Shown here one piece after another: positions 40,130 through 53,336 of a DNA stretch of 64,000 nt. The DNA comes from Octopus vulgaris. Taxonomy: Eukaryota. The notes under the pieces were generated by a model, which was not told the DNA's origin, searched no databases, and saw nothing but the letters and a program-made list of their open reading frames with translations. The position numbers and the translations under genes were made by a program. The stretch is from assembly GCA_951406725.2 (NCBI GenBank), contig OX597814.1, forward strand, positions 152,768,001 through 152,832,000, read 5' to 3'. How positions within the stretch are numbered: position 1 is the stretch's first letter; every line of letters begins with the position of its first letter.

Positions 40130-40590
40130 GATAGTATTAATCATGAGCTTATTGTATACAGCGCTCAGGTGCACTACAAATTGTCAGAGAAGAGCAAAAG
40201 AGGGGTTCAAAAAATAGCATTAAATCAAGTATAGAAAGACAAAAATGAAAGCTAAAAGTACAAACACAGTACACAGAATAAACTACAAAAAGACAGTAAA
40301 AAGAACAATAAAAGAATCATAAAGAGGGAAAGGTGCATAGACCTGCTAGGTGTGGTGTTGGTGAATTTTAAGTATGGAATTTTTGAAGGATGCAATGCCC
40401 TGACAACTAACATTCAACAGGGATAGTTTATTCCATATTTGGAAAATTCTGAGCACGACAAATATTTCATCTTGTGGTTTTATAAGCACATTAGATTCAA
40501 AAATGTAACCAAAGTTGTTGAAAAGATTGTGGATAATCTTGAAGGCTTCAACCAAATCAGCTACTAGACATCAAAGTTTTACTGTGTCAA
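40130..40590 (-). pseudogene. CR1-type LINE 3' fragment
   Basis: ADLVEAFKII...IWNKL...IASFK, a CR1 ORF2 C-terminal pattern, plus the tail shared with 1-110. Confidence 0.7.
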
Positions 40591-40704
40591 CGCCCACAGA
40601 AGCATATGTGTGTGTACTTTATCACAATTTTCTTTTCTTTTTATATCTGAGCATATGTTATAGACTTTTCATATTTTACATGGAGCAATTGACATGATAC
40701 TTAC

Positions 40705-40834
40705 AAATTTCTCCTTCATCGAGGATACCATTCAGAACAGGGCACAGATTACCGCAAGGGTTTTTGGGGCTAAGCTGAAAATTTATCTGACCTTTTGCTT
40801 GAATTAGGATAATTAATGTTGACTTGATATCAAT
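40705..40834 (-). CDS. C6orf89: C6orf89/BRAP-like gene, exon 6
   Basis: tttcag|IDIKSTLIILIQAKGQINFQLSPKNPCGNLCPVLNGILDEGEI|gtaagt; the L-x-P-x-x-x-C-x3-C...GEI pattern resembles the C6orf89 C-terminus. Confidence 0.85.
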
Positions 40835-41161
40835 CTGAAATAGAAATTAAAATCAATATGATAAAACACAAAAATAAAACTAGATACATCGAATATATCA
40901 ATGTGCTTTGAATTTGGCAGGTTCTAAGATATTAAACTATAGAACTGTAGGGATATACATACACCATAAATAAACAGGTTTTTCTGATCATCTGGTTGTG
41001 TTTTTGCTTGGGTTTGCCTGACTCAATCGAGCCACCCATAACAATACTGCATAACATTCATTTAGTTAGCAAGACAACATCCTTTATCTATCCAAAGTTG
41101 GTTGATGAAGGATTTTGCTGGATGGGTGAGCTATGTATATCCATGTCAGTGTCTCCATTAG

Positions 41162-41540
41162 CTGACCAGAAGAGAATTAATGCATTCGAGCTTTGGTATT
41201 GGAGAAGACTTTTACGGATTCCATGGACAGTGAGGCTCACCAATGGAGAAGTTCTTAACCAGATCAGGACGAAACTGTCGCTAAAAGCTAGGATCACCAA
41301 GCATAGATTGACATATTTTGATATTATGCGGAGAAAATCCCTAGAGAAGGACATCATGCTTGGAATGGTCAGTGGCAAGAGAGGAAGAGGCCGACCAAGA
41401 ACCCGCTGGCTCGACACCATCAAGAGTGATACCGGAATCGACATAGCCAATCTGAAAGAAGCAGCCCAGGATAGAACTGGCTGGAGGACACTGATCCATC
41501 GAGTAACCGAGAGTCAACTTCGACTGAGTGGATAGATAGT
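41162..41540 (+). pseudogene. RTE-BovB-like LINE 3' fragment
   Basis: INAFELWYWRRLLRIPWT...SLEKDIMLG...RGRPRTRWLD...WRTLIHRVTESQLRL; 11-bp TSD GTCTCCATTAG at 41151-41161 and 41542-41552. Confidence 0.85.
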
Positions 41541-42404
41541 AGTCTCCATTAGAGAGTGTCATTAATGAGTTGCTGCTTAGCTCTCCAGCAATGTCCTCCA
41601 AAAATGGATGAGTCTTTGTTAAATGAAATCATCAGTGACTGCAAGAAGACTACCATGCAGATTCCTCATAATTAACTCGTACATTATTGTTGTTTTTATT
41701 ATTTATGGCTTTGTCAGAAGGCAGGAAGCACACTTTCTCAGTCATCCTCTTCTGCTAGTTCCTTCCAGGTGGATTGCTTGATCCTTCTACATTTAACAAG
41801 ATTTTACAAAAATTCATTCATTTCAATATGTGAAGTTGCAATGTTCATGTTCCTACAGAACTGCTTTATCATACCAAGTGACATGTGGTTGAGCTGATAA
41901 CATACTGGAGTGACAGTTGTAAAGTTGGTGGCTCATATTCCATCAGTGGTATGATAGTATGTCAGTGGCTTGGACACATGACTTACATTACATTATCTTG
42001 AAGTGGTGAAAACTGCAGAATGCTAAACCTCTTGAATGAGGTGACAAGTAACTGGAGCAATGGTGAGATGTACAAACCATTACCAGTATGGAAAAAAATG
42101 GATCTACAATATGGTTGATTACTGGCACTCAATCAGCTATTACAAGCAGAGTTCCAATTGATCTGATCAACAGAACAGCCTATTTATGAATTTAACATGC
42201 AAGTGGTTGAACACTACCCTTAACATAATTCTCCAGAAGATTCAGCATAACAGAATGTGACAAGGCTGGCCCTTTGAAATACAGATATTACTCTGGACTG
42301 CAGAAATGTGAAATATGAAATAAAGCCAGGAATTGAACTCATGACATTATGATCATGAGACGAATACTCCTAAGCACTAAGCCATGTGCCTAAGGTTGAT
42401 TACT

Positions 42405-42612
42405 GTATTATAATAATAATGAAATTATTGTATACAGTGCTCAGGTGCACCACAACTTGTCAGAAAGTGCGTATAAAGTATATGCAGTAATGTACAAATG
42501 TCTGGAAAGTGAACAATGTATGAGTCAAATACATGCTTGTGTGTGTATGGAGGGGAGAAAATCAAGTGTAGTGTTGGCGAATCTCAGAAAGCATGGAAGT
42601 TTTGAAGGATGC
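42405..42612 (-). mobile_element. CR1-type 3' tail just inside intron 5
   Basis: Homologous to 1-110 and 40130-40400; starts about 17 nt from the exon 5 donor. Confidence 0.7.
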
Positions 42613-42629
42613 AAACGAACAGCACTTAC

Positions 42630-42768
42630 TGGTCTGAAAGTTGTACTTTTAAAACCTGATGATATGTATATCCAGTTAGTATCATCCATCTGGACAACTG
42701 GAGATAAAAAGTAAGGTCTTTTGTAATATTCACGGAACACTTTCGCTGCTGGCTTGAAACAATTTTCC
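42630..42768 (-). CDS. C6orf89: C6orf89/BRAP-like gene, exon 5
   Basis: ctttcag|(W)ENCFKPAAKVFREYYKRPYFLSPVVQMDDTNWIYISSGFKSTTFRP|gtaagt. Confidence 0.85.
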
Positions 42769-44667
42769 CTGAAAGAAGAAACATATCTCATGATTGTGAT
42801 TATGATGTTCATGATGATAGTATTGATAATGGATAAGAATAGAGAGGAAATTCAATTTCTAAAAGTTTTATATATTATATGTACAGGCATGGCTGTGTGG
42901 TTATGAAGCTTGATTTGCTGATATGCTGCTTTGGGTTCAGTCCCACAGAATAGCACCTTGGACAAGTTTTCTACTATATCTCCAGGTCAACCAATGCCTT
43001 GTGAGTGAATTTGGTAAGTGGAAACTATGTGGAAACCCATCGTATATATTACTCTTTTACTTGTTTCAGTCATTTGACTGCGGCCATGCTGAAACACCGC
43101 CTTTAGTTGAGCAAATCGACCCCAGAACTTATTCTTTGTAAGCCTAGTACTTATTCTATCAGTCTCTTTTGCTGAGCTGCTAAGTTACAGTGACGTAAAC
43201 ACACCAGCATCTGTTGTCATGCAATGAGTGTGTGTGTATGGGGGGAGAAACACAGACACATAAACACACACACATATACATATATACAACAGGCTTCTTT
43301 CAGTTTCTGTCAACCAAATCCACTCACAAGGCTTTGGTCGGCCCGAGGCTATAGTAGAAGACACTTATCCAAGGTTCCATGCAGTGGGACTGAACCCGGA
43401 ACCATGTGGTTGGTAAGCAAGCTACTTACCACGCAGTCAATATACATGTGAGTGTGTGTGTGTTTTGTATTTGTTCCCCCGTATTGGTTTGTTCACATCC
43501 CTGTAGCTTAATTTGGCAATAGAGGTTGAAAGAATAAGTAGTATACAAATTAAGAAAAATATAAATACTGGGGTTGGTTAGTTCAACAGAAACTCTTCAC
43601 AATGGTCCTCAGCATGGCCACAGTTCAATGACAGAAATAAATAAAAGATAAAAGAATATCTTAACTTGACTTTTGTTTTTTGATAAATGAAGAAATTTAC
43701 AGGAAGTGAACATTATTTTGGGTTACATAACTTTCTTAGCCAGGACTAACAATTCATATTGCTGAAACTGAAGCCTGCATATTGCTAGCCTTTAACCATT
43801 ATTTTTTTTTAATGAAGAGCCCATTATCAATGATTAACAATAAGAAAAAAGAAAATATATATTTCTAACAAGGAGAGTCACCATAAGGATACCCTCCTTA
43901 TTGTTGTTATGACCATCACCATCACCTCTCCCCTCCTCCTCCTCCTCCTCCTCTAAAAATGTAATGATGACAGCAATACATATGAAGCTTAAATTCTATG
44001 ATGAACAATAAGCTAAAATTGAAATTAAATTATGAATTAATGTGAAGATTTTTCATTGAAATTGTTGTTGTTCCAGGTTAATCCTAATAAAGCAAACCTT
44101 TGACACATGTGTAGTTAGCTGAACCTCCGGTCATAGTGTTCTCAATATATTATGTCTCCACATAGTTATAAATTAAACCATGCAATCTAATGTACAGTAG
44201 CTTAATGTAAAAGATAGAGTGTGGCACTCTAAGCATACTGCTGTTTTCCTCACCAGTCACTGTATAATGCATGCCTGCTAGGTTGTTAGTAGTAGACCAG
44301 CAGCTGCCCATGCATACCAGTCTCCCCTCAACCAATGTTGTCCAAGGAAAAGGCAAAGGCTGATACAGCTTGGCACCAGGGACGTTGCAACTCATTTCTA
44401 CAGCTGAGAGGACTGGAGCAATGTGAAATAAAGTGTCTTGCTCAAGAACACAATGCACAACCCGGGAATCAAACTTACAACCTGATGATTGTAAGCCCAA
44501 CATGCTAACCACTGAATCATGTGCCTTCACTTATATATGCATATATATACATACATACATACATACTTACTTACATGCACACACACACATACGTACATAG
44601 AAAAAAATTAAAACTGAAGCAAATTAAATGTGAATAAACAAATGAATGAACATGAGAAATTAATTAC

Positions 44668-44804
44668 CAGTGAGCATAATAACCAGTGAGTTCTCCAGAA
44701 ACAGCTTTTTTCAAGATGGTATGAGGATAAAGATACTGTTTTTTAAAGTTACTCCGAAAGGAACAAGGTTCATAGTCAACAAGAATTGGATGATTATGGT
44801 AAAG
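44668..44804 (-). CDS. C6orf89: C6orf89/BRAP-like gene, exon 4
   Basis: atttcag|LYHNHPILVDYEPCSFRSNFKKQYLYPHTILKKAVSGELTGYYAH(W)|gtaatt; the phase-2 junction completes a TGG codon with exon 5. Confidence 0.85.
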
Positions 44805-45844
44805 CTGAAATGGAAAAGGAAATTTTCTGTTATTTTCTCTTCAGCTCTTTTAACCATTTTAACATTAATGGTTTTAACCATTTTAACATTATGAAGGAAA
44901 AAAAGGTACTTTTTTTGTAAAAATTAAAACCAAGAATTTAAAGAAATGGGGTTAGTCTGCATGGGCAACAACCATTTTGTAAAGCTTTGCGAATTTTAAT
45001 ATAATCATCATCATTATCATCAGGGTTTTATGTCCATATTTTCTATACTGGTATAGGTTAGACAGATCTGCTCCATTACAGTTGCAGCCCATCATTTTGT
45101 GACATACACAACAAAGAAAACAATTTTTGATATTGTGCAGGGCATGTGTTTTTGGAAATTATTTATTATAGCTGGATGCCCTTCCTACAGTAATCTGGCA
45201 CTGCATTAGAGGGCACTAAACAGTCCTCTCTACTCTATACATATACATAATTATACATAAACCTATATCTTCATCATTGTTTTAACACCCACTTTTCCAT
45301 GCTTGCATGGGTATATATGATTATAGGCATAAGTCTGCCGATATCATTTAGAAGTTCATTTTGAAACCACTTGGTTCTTGATTCAATATCACCAACCAAC
45401 ACACTGAGCAAGTGTCTTCTACAATAACCTTGAACTGATCAATACCTTGGTGAGTGGAATTTGGTAACTGGAAACTATGCGGAATCCTACTGTGTTCCAT
45501 CATCATCATCATTTAATGTCTGCTTTCTATGCTGACATGGGTTGGATTGTTTAACTGGTAAGCCAGGGGAGCTGCACCAGGTTCCAATCTGATTTGGCAA
45601 GTTTCTACAGCTGGATGCCCTTCTTTATGCTAACTACTCTGAGAGTGAAGTGGGTGCTTTGTATGTGCCACGAGCACTGGTGCCATTGACATGACACTGG
45701 CCACAACTACAATCTCACTTGGTTTGACAGGTCTACACAAGCACAGTATATTGCCAAAGGTCTTAGTTACCTGTCACAGCCTCCATGAGGCCCAATGCTT
45801 GAACAATGCTTTTTACATGCTGTATATATATATATATATATATA

Positions 45845-46165
45845 TGCTTGAACAGAGACATGTAGATTTGTGCTGCATCCAAGAAGTAAGGTGGAGAGGA
45901 GGTTCCTCTAGGTTCCTCACAGGCAAAGAACATAGGTACAAGATTTTCTGGGCCGAGAACACTGACGGGGTTGGGGGTGTGGGTATACTTCTTGCAGAGA
46001 AATGGGTTGATAAGGTAATCAAGGTAGTCAGAGTCTGCAATAGAATACTTAAGATTAGATTAGTGCTTCATCATGGGTTAGCAACCATTATCTCGGCCTA
46101 TGCCGCTCAGTCGGGGCTACCTGATGTACAGAAAGACCAATTTTATGACACCCTCTTGCTGACTA
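45845..46165 (+). pseudogene. RTE LINE AP-endonuclease fragment
   Basis: VDLCCIQEVRWRG...GGVGIL...IISAYA...KDQFYD. Confidence 0.85.
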
Positions 46166-46780
46166 ACAACCTAATATATACATATTGTTTAATCTACACC
46201 ATATTAAAATAAGAACTAGTAACAATTTCTATTAAGACACATGGTTAAGCAGATTTTTATTTTCTGCCTTGTGTCTCCATGGCTCTTATTTTTAATGCAG
46301 TGTACATTAAATGAAATTTATCTCTCACTGAATGTATTATGTTCTTTGTTGAACCTACCTTAATGGAACGGTAGGGCATCCAGCCATAGAAACCAAGCCA
46401 AAACAGACTGGAGCCTGGTGCAGCTCTTACGTTTATCAGGTCCAGTCACATCATCTTACCCATGCTAGCATGGAAAATGGACACTACATGATGATGACAA
46501 TTTGTATGACTAACAATGATTGTGTGTATGTGTGTGTGTGTGTATACATGTGTGTGTGTGTGTATGCATGCATGCACAAAACACGAAGTGTATTAAAAAA
46601 AAAACTAGCAAATATCCATAATGTGGGGAACTGATGGATTTTATAACTGTTTGCATGCAATAATGTTGTCTATATGAAGAATTCTTAGAATTAATCTAAA
46701 CTTTCGATTTTGACCTCTTCTTCCTTTCTTCCCTTATTTGAAGCATTAGGAATTATTGACAATCGGTACTACAGGTTTAA

Positions 46781-47206
46781 CCCTTTAGTGTTCAGATTAT
46801 TCTATCAAATGTGATGTTTGTTTATCTATATTGTTTTGAATTAATCATGCATTATCTTGTAGTTTAGAGATTTCAATGATGTGATTTTTTAGTTTTAGAA
46901 TGACATGGTAGGGCTGAGGTGAGAGGTGAGATCTGGTCAGTTTCAATATAAAACAGGTTAAATATTTTGGCCGGATATGGCCGGTTTGAATGCTAAAGGG
47001 TTAACCCTTTAGCATTTCAACCAGCCATATCCAGCCAAGATATTCTACCTGTTTTATTGTTCAAACTGGCTTGATTGAGCCTTTCACACCTACCCTACAA
47101 TGTCATATGATTGAAATCTCAAAGCTATGAGATAAAGCAGGATTAATTCAAAACAATCTGATTAAATAAGTATAATATTTTACAGAGTCATCTGAATGCT
47201 AAAGGG
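46781..47206. mobile_element. Two piggyBac-like MITEs in inverted orientation sharing one TTAA
   Basis: TTAA at 46777, 47001 and 47207; TIR CCCTTTAG; a truncated third copy at 19533-19720. Confidence 0.85.
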
Positions 47207-47283
47207 TTAAGAAAACACAACTAAAAATATAAACAGGTGTTTGCATGTAAAGAATAAGGAATATATAGATATTTGAATGTAAC

Positions 47284-47439
47284 CTCTTCAAGTAGTTGTA
47301 TAGAAAGGTTCTGGAATAATGAGCCTTCTTCAATGCCGTCTGAAACGATCAATGGTTTCTCAGAGTAAATGTACTTCTCGACAACTTCTTCTGCACTGAT
47401 GTTTGTCACATGAGCAATTGGTTCAAAGTTTTCACAAAT
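47284..47439 (-). CDS. C6orf89: C6orf89/BRAP-like gene, exon 3
   Basis: tttcag|ICENFEPIAHVTNISAEEVVEKYIYSEKPLIVSDGIEEGSLFQNLSIQLLEE|gttaca; the donor is weak but phase-consistent. Confidence 0.8.
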
Positions 47440-48116
47440 CTGAAATAGAATTTTAAATATATTATGGCAGGTTATTTTAAAGAAAGCAAGAGAAAAGACA
47501 GATGCTTTTGATCAGACTCTAAGGAGGAGGTGCCTGAGGAATTTACCCCTATGACCTTGGCAGGAAAAAGAGGGCAGAGAAAATAGATGGCCGTTCTAAA
47601 GAACTTTTAGCATATCTTTAATAACATAAAAATGACACTTTCAAAAACAAAAGTTTAGTAAACTTTTTAACATTTTAAAGATATTATTAGAGCAGTAAAT
47701 ATTTTAGAAAATATACAAGGTGATGGTATTTTGTAATGAGATAAAATCTACACAAGTAAAATACTAGGAATGATCTGATTGCCGCTGTTGCTTGTTCAAG
47801 TTGTTTAGATCCAAGCCAGCCTTGATTGAGCAGGCAATCTAGTCATGACCCTCATATCTTGTTTTCAGACACAGTCTAACTAGGACATCTTTATCCAATT
47901 TGTCTTTATTTTACTCAACTTAACTTTAAACACTTTAAAACTGAACACATCAAAGACCTAAGCTCAGGCAAATTGCTATCAAACTGATTAAACAGTTGTT
48001 ATAAAAATGGTTTAAACAGACTGTTTCACCAAAATCCAGCTCTGACCAAGCAAACTATTGATCAAAGACGTTTCAGTCTTGACCATCCTGTCTGAGTCAA
48101 TTTAATTACAACTATA

Positions 48117-48450
48117 ATGGCTCAGTGGTTAGAGCATCAAGCTTACGATCGTGAGGTTGTGAGCTCGAATCCCAGACCGGGCTGCGTGTTGTGTTCTTGA
48201 GCAAGGCACTTTATTTCACGTTGCTCCAGTTCACTCAGCTGTAGAAATGAGTTGCGACATCACTGGTGCCAAGCTGTATCGACCTTTGTCTTTCCCTTGG
48301 ATAACACTGGTGGTGTGGAGAGGGGAGGATGGTATGCATGGGCGACTGCTGGTCTTCCATAAAACAACCTTGCCCGGACTTGTGTCTAGGAGGGTAACTT
48401 TCTAGGTGCAATCCCATGGTCATTCATGACCGAAGGGGGTCTTTACCCTT
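48117..48450 (+). mobile_element. tRNA-derived SINE, family D
   Basis: A-box TGGCTCAGTGG, B-box GCTCGAATCC, then cttgagcaaggcac...gctccagttcactcagctg. Other copies at 7160-7310, 44240-44530, 49415-49720. Confidence 0.8.
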
Positions 48451-48755
48451 TATATTCTTGAATGTGATCTTTTTCAAGAGAGTAAAGTTTGATTTGAGGA
48501 ACATTTGGCCCCTATTTTTAACAGGTTGAGAAATCATAAAAAAAAGTCATCTTATTGGATTAAGTAGATAATCTAGTAGCAGATTTTTGACAGGTTGAGA
48601 AATCATTAAAAAATTCATCTTATTGGATTAAGTAGATAATCTAGTAGCAGGTGTCATGATTGAAACTGGCATTTTTTGCCCCAATTTACTAAGAAAATGA
48701 GATTACCAAGGCATTTACAGCAAAAATAATTAAAATTATATTCTGGTTTACTTAC

Positions 48756-48854
48756 ACCACAATCTTCTTCTTTCAAGTCAACTCCATTGTAGTAAGGATT
48801 ATTAAGTAGACATTCTTTATAAAACATTCTAGTCCAATCCCAAACTGGCAACAG
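48756..48854 (-). CDS. C6orf89: C6orf89/BRAP-like gene, exon 2
   Basis: tttcag|LLPVWDWTRMFYKECLLNNPYYNGVDLKEEDCG|gtaagt; 99 bp, phase 0/0. Confidence 0.85.
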
Positions 48855-49902
48855 CTGAAACAGATTAAAAAAGGGATAATAAAATGTTTGTTTATTTTTT
48901 TGTATGTATGTTTGTAAGTTTTTGTTTGTGTGTGTGGGTATATATATTTATGTATGTATGCATGTGCATACTTAAGTATATAAATGAAGGAATGAATCAT
49001 CATCACTTTAATGTCTCCTTTTCCATATCTACCATGGATTGGATAGAATTCTTTGAGGTTGAGTTTCTATGCCTAGATGCCTTTTTCTGTCACTAATGCT
49101 CACCTATTTCTAAGTAAGATAATATTTCCCAATGACCAGATATATTCTCAAGGAAGATTGAAAATGAATGACACTGCTTATATGAGAGTGATACTTATTT
49201 GAAACTATTGGACAAGGACAGACGGACAGACACACACACACACACATATGAGGTATAGGTATGGCTCTGCAGTTAAGAAGTTTGCTTCCCAAATACATGA
49301 TTTCAGATTCAGTAAGTTGGGCATATGTCTTTTACTTTAGCTGACCAAATCCACTCTTGTGAGTGGATTTGGAAAATGGAAACGAAAGGAAGCCTGTCAT
49401 ATGTGTGTGTAAAGGCTAAAAACCCCCTTTGGTCATGAATGACCATGGGACTGTACCCAGGAAGTTACCCACAGAAGCACAAGTCCGGGCAAGATTGTTT
49501 ATGGAAGACCAACAGTCGCCCAGGCATACCAGCCTCCCCTCTCCACGCCGCCACCAATGTTATCCAAGGGAAAGACAAAGGCAGATACAGCTCGGTACCA
49601 TTGACATTGCAACTCATTTCTACAGCTGAGTGAAATGGAGCAACATGAAATAAACACAACACACAGCCTGGTCCAGGAATCGAACTCACTACCTCATGAT
49701 TGTGAGCCCGACGCTTTATTAAGTCATGTGCATGTGTGTAATACTCATCATTTTAACATTCATTTTCTCATACTTGCATTGGTTAGGTGGAGTTTGTTGA
49801 AGCATATGGTCCAAAAGTGAAACCAGTAAAGACAGCAAAAAAGAAGATAAAATGTCATATGTGCAATCAAGAATAACTGCAGCTCACACACACACACACA
49901 TA

Positions 49903-50463
49903 CAGGGTGGCCCTAAAATAGGTTTACAGTTATTCAACTATCTCTTTCGCATTCATATGTTAACAGTTTAGATCTTAATTATAAAAAAAATATGAAACCA
50001 TTATTCAGCAAGATGGAGCACCTCCACATTATGCATTGATGGCACCTTAACCAAGTCTTTCCACAGCGTTGGTTTGGAAGACGGGGCAGCATCGAAAGGC
50101 CATCACATTCACCTGACCTGACACCAATGGATTTATTTTTGCGGGGTTTTGTAAAGAACAAGGTTTATGAGAAGAATCCCAAAACATTAAATGAATTAAA
50201 AGATTACATATCTGACGCATTCATTGAAATTGATGGAGATCGGAATTTGAGTTGCACTGTGAGTCAGAGTGTTCTGAAGAGGTTTGAAGAATGTTGCGAT
50301 GTTGAAGGAGGACATTTTGAGCATCTGAGAGATTAAACATTGTCTGTTTAAGATGTGCATAAACAATATGATTGTAAAATAGAAATTTAAATGTAATAAA
50401 ATGTTTAAAAAGAAATTTAAAGTGCCTACGGGATAACAGTAAACCTACTTTTGGGCCACCCTG
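49903..50463 (+). mobile_element. Tc1/mariner (rosa/DD41D-like) deletion derivative
   Basis: TIRs CAGGGTGGCCC...GGGCCACCCTG with TA TSD; FQQDGAPPH, SPDLTPMDLF..GFVK, GGHFEHL. Confidence 0.85.
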
Positions 50464-50909
50464 TATATATATATATATATCTTTTTCTCTTTTTTCTCAT
50501 TTTACTTGTTTCAGTCATTTGGACTGCAGCCATGCTGGTGCACCGCCTTTAATCGAGCAACTCGACCCCGGGACTTATTCTTTGTAAGCCCAGTAGTTAT
50601 TCTATTGGTCTCTTTTGCCGAACCGCTAAGTGACGGGGACATAAACACACCAGCATCGGTTGTCAAGCAATGCTAGGGGGACAAACACAGACACACAAAC
50701 ATACATATATATACATATATACGAGGGGCTTCTTTCAGTTTCCGTCTACCAAATCCACTCACAAGGCTTTGGTCGGCCTGAGGCTATAGTAGAAGACACT
50801 TGCGCAAGGTGCCACGCAATGGGACTGAACCCGGAACCATGTGGTTGGTAAACAAGCTACTTACCACACAGCCACTCCTGCGCCTTATATATATATATAT
50901 ATATATATA

Positions 50910-51908
50910 TATTGATAAAACGGTAAGATAACAAAAGAAAGAAAGAGACCTCAATATTATGTAAATAGAGGAAATTTATCTATACAATATGTTACATTAC
51001 TCGGTAGTCAAGATAAAACTCTGAGTTTCAGATGCCGAAGTGGAAATCCACAACACCATCTCTTCGGTTATCTGGCTATTTGAAAACGTTATGAAAAAAT
51101 ACCGTTAAAAATGAAGGGAAATTACTCTGTTATAACTCTGCTTTGCCTGCGTACTTATACATCGCTCGCATTTTTCGTCATAAAAATTATATAAAAATAC
51201 ATAAAAAATATATAAAAATATATAAAAATATATAAAATCTTCTTGGGACATAACACAGAAAGCATGTTCTATCCGTTTTCTTTAGGGGACCAAAAACGTA
51301 ACAGAAATTTAGTCACATGTGGGCATGTGGGCTTTAGGCACTGGAACAAAAGAAAAGCGACACAATTATCCAATCATATTTGGTCTTTAAGAGATAAAGG
51401 TGTCGATTATAACATACAATGGAAGATTTTGGCCAGATGTAAGCCCTATACTAACGGCAGCGGAAGGTGCGGTTTATGCGACATGGAGAGATGGCTTATC
51501 TGGAAAAGCAGCTTAGACCCTACCACATGTCTAAATACAAGGACAGAACTTTTCGGATCATGCCCACATGTGACTAAATTTCTGTTACGTTTTTGGTCCC
51601 CTAAAGAAAACGGATAGAACATGCTTTCTGTGTTATGTCCCAAGAAGATTTTATATATTTTTATATATTTTTATATATTTTTTATGTATTTTTATATAAT
51701 TTTTATGACGAAAAATGCGAGCGATGTATAAGTACGCAGGCAAAGCAGAGTTATAACAGAGTAATTTCCCTTCATTTTTAACGGTATTTTTCATAACGTT
51801 TTCAAATAGCCAGATAACCGAAGAGATGGTGTTGTGGATTTCCACTTCGGCATCTGAAACTCAGAGTTTTATCTTGACTACCGAGTAATGTAACATATTG
51901 TATAGATA
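50910..51908 (+). mobile_element. Penelope-like element (Neptune-type GIY-YIG C-terminus) with an inverted pseudo-LTR
   Basis: TQLSNHIWSLRDKG...WKIL...CGLCDMER...LNTRTELFGSCPH (CCCH-type motif); ~350-bp inverted repeat at 50977-51327 and 51559-51908. Confidence 0.85.
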
Positions 51909-53336
51909 TATATATATATATATATAGTAATAACTTTTATTTTTTACTTGTTTCAGTTATTGGAATTCAACTATGCTAGGTCACTGCTTCAAAAGATTAA
52001 TCAAATAAATCACTCCCAATACTATTTTCTTAAAGTTAGGTACTTATTCTATCAGTTTCATATGTTGAACTGCTAAGTTATGGCACAGTGGGGAAGAGAC
52101 ACACAAAACCAAACACACATCCATATATGTATACACACACACACACACATGTAAGTATGTATGTAGGTACAGGTTTGGGTGTGTGGTAAGAAGTTTGCTT
52201 CTCAACCACATGGTTCCAAGTTCAGTCCCACTGGATGGCACCTTGGGTAAGTGTTTTCAACTATAGTCTCAGGCCAACCAAAGCATTGTGAGTGCATGTG
52301 GTAGTCAGAAACTGAAAGAAGCCCATCACATATATGTGTGTGTGTATATAGACTGGAGCCTGGGGCAGCCTCCTGGCTTCCCAGACCCCAGTCGAACCGT
52401 CCAACCCATCAACTCATAGCAGGGAAAACAGACGTTAAACGATGATGATGATATATATATATATATATATAAATACAAGATGGGACAAGAACGCAAAACA
52501 TCCGGATAGTTAGGTGATAGAAAAATGAGACAATAAAACATCATTCGAAGTTTTCTTTCCTCAGTTGAGTACCAGATTATCTTCGCAATTTCGGACAATT
52601 GACCAAGTAGCCACACAGTGGAACTGAACCTGAAACTATGTGGCTGGAAAGCAAACTTCTTACACATAGTTACACTTGTGTGTGTGTGTGTGTTTAATAA
52701 TTTGTGAGTGACAATCCAAACATTAACATATCTCAATATGTTCTGGCAAGTTCAGGTGTTGCTAGGTGATAATGAACATAAGGTGTTAACAATATCATTC
52801 AAGTAGCTGGGAATAATGACATATTTTGTTGGCTCCATGGGTAATAACTGAAGCAAACTCATGAACATTTAACCCTTTCGGTACTTTATTTATTTTGAGA
52901 TGCTCTATGTTTCTTTCAATTACTTTAAATATAACAAAGAGTTTAGTAAAATAATTTAGTTATCATGAAGCTAGTGTTAGCAACATAAACTGTGACTAAG
53001 GTTTGGTGGAATATTTTAATTCAAAACTTATGAAAACAAGACATTTGTACTCAGAGCCAGAGCCGGTTTCAGTTGGGTTGGTAACAAAAAGATTAACCAA
53101 ACTATTTATTGTTAGATATAAAGATATTTGATGCTGGTTATTTACAATGAACAATATTAATAATTGCTGATTGGGATAGAGAGAAAAACGGCATCATATT
53201 TGTAGAAGCTATTTATGGGATATTGTGTGAATGGGTCTGTCGGAGAACCTAGAGTTGTCTGCGCAAATGCCTTGAACCGTTTGTGTGACAAGAGTGAGGA
53301 TGCATGTCACTCATCTACCTTCAACACTCTGCAATT

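Noticed and set aside
48117-48190. tRNA gene
   Set aside because: The A/B boxes run into a multi-copy SINE body with no proper acceptor stem; the same applies to the heads near 8030, 32100 and 53640.
48520-48650. ~69-bp tandem duplication (also 17 bp x2 at 16012-16048)
   Set aside because: Simple local slippage duplications with no further structure.
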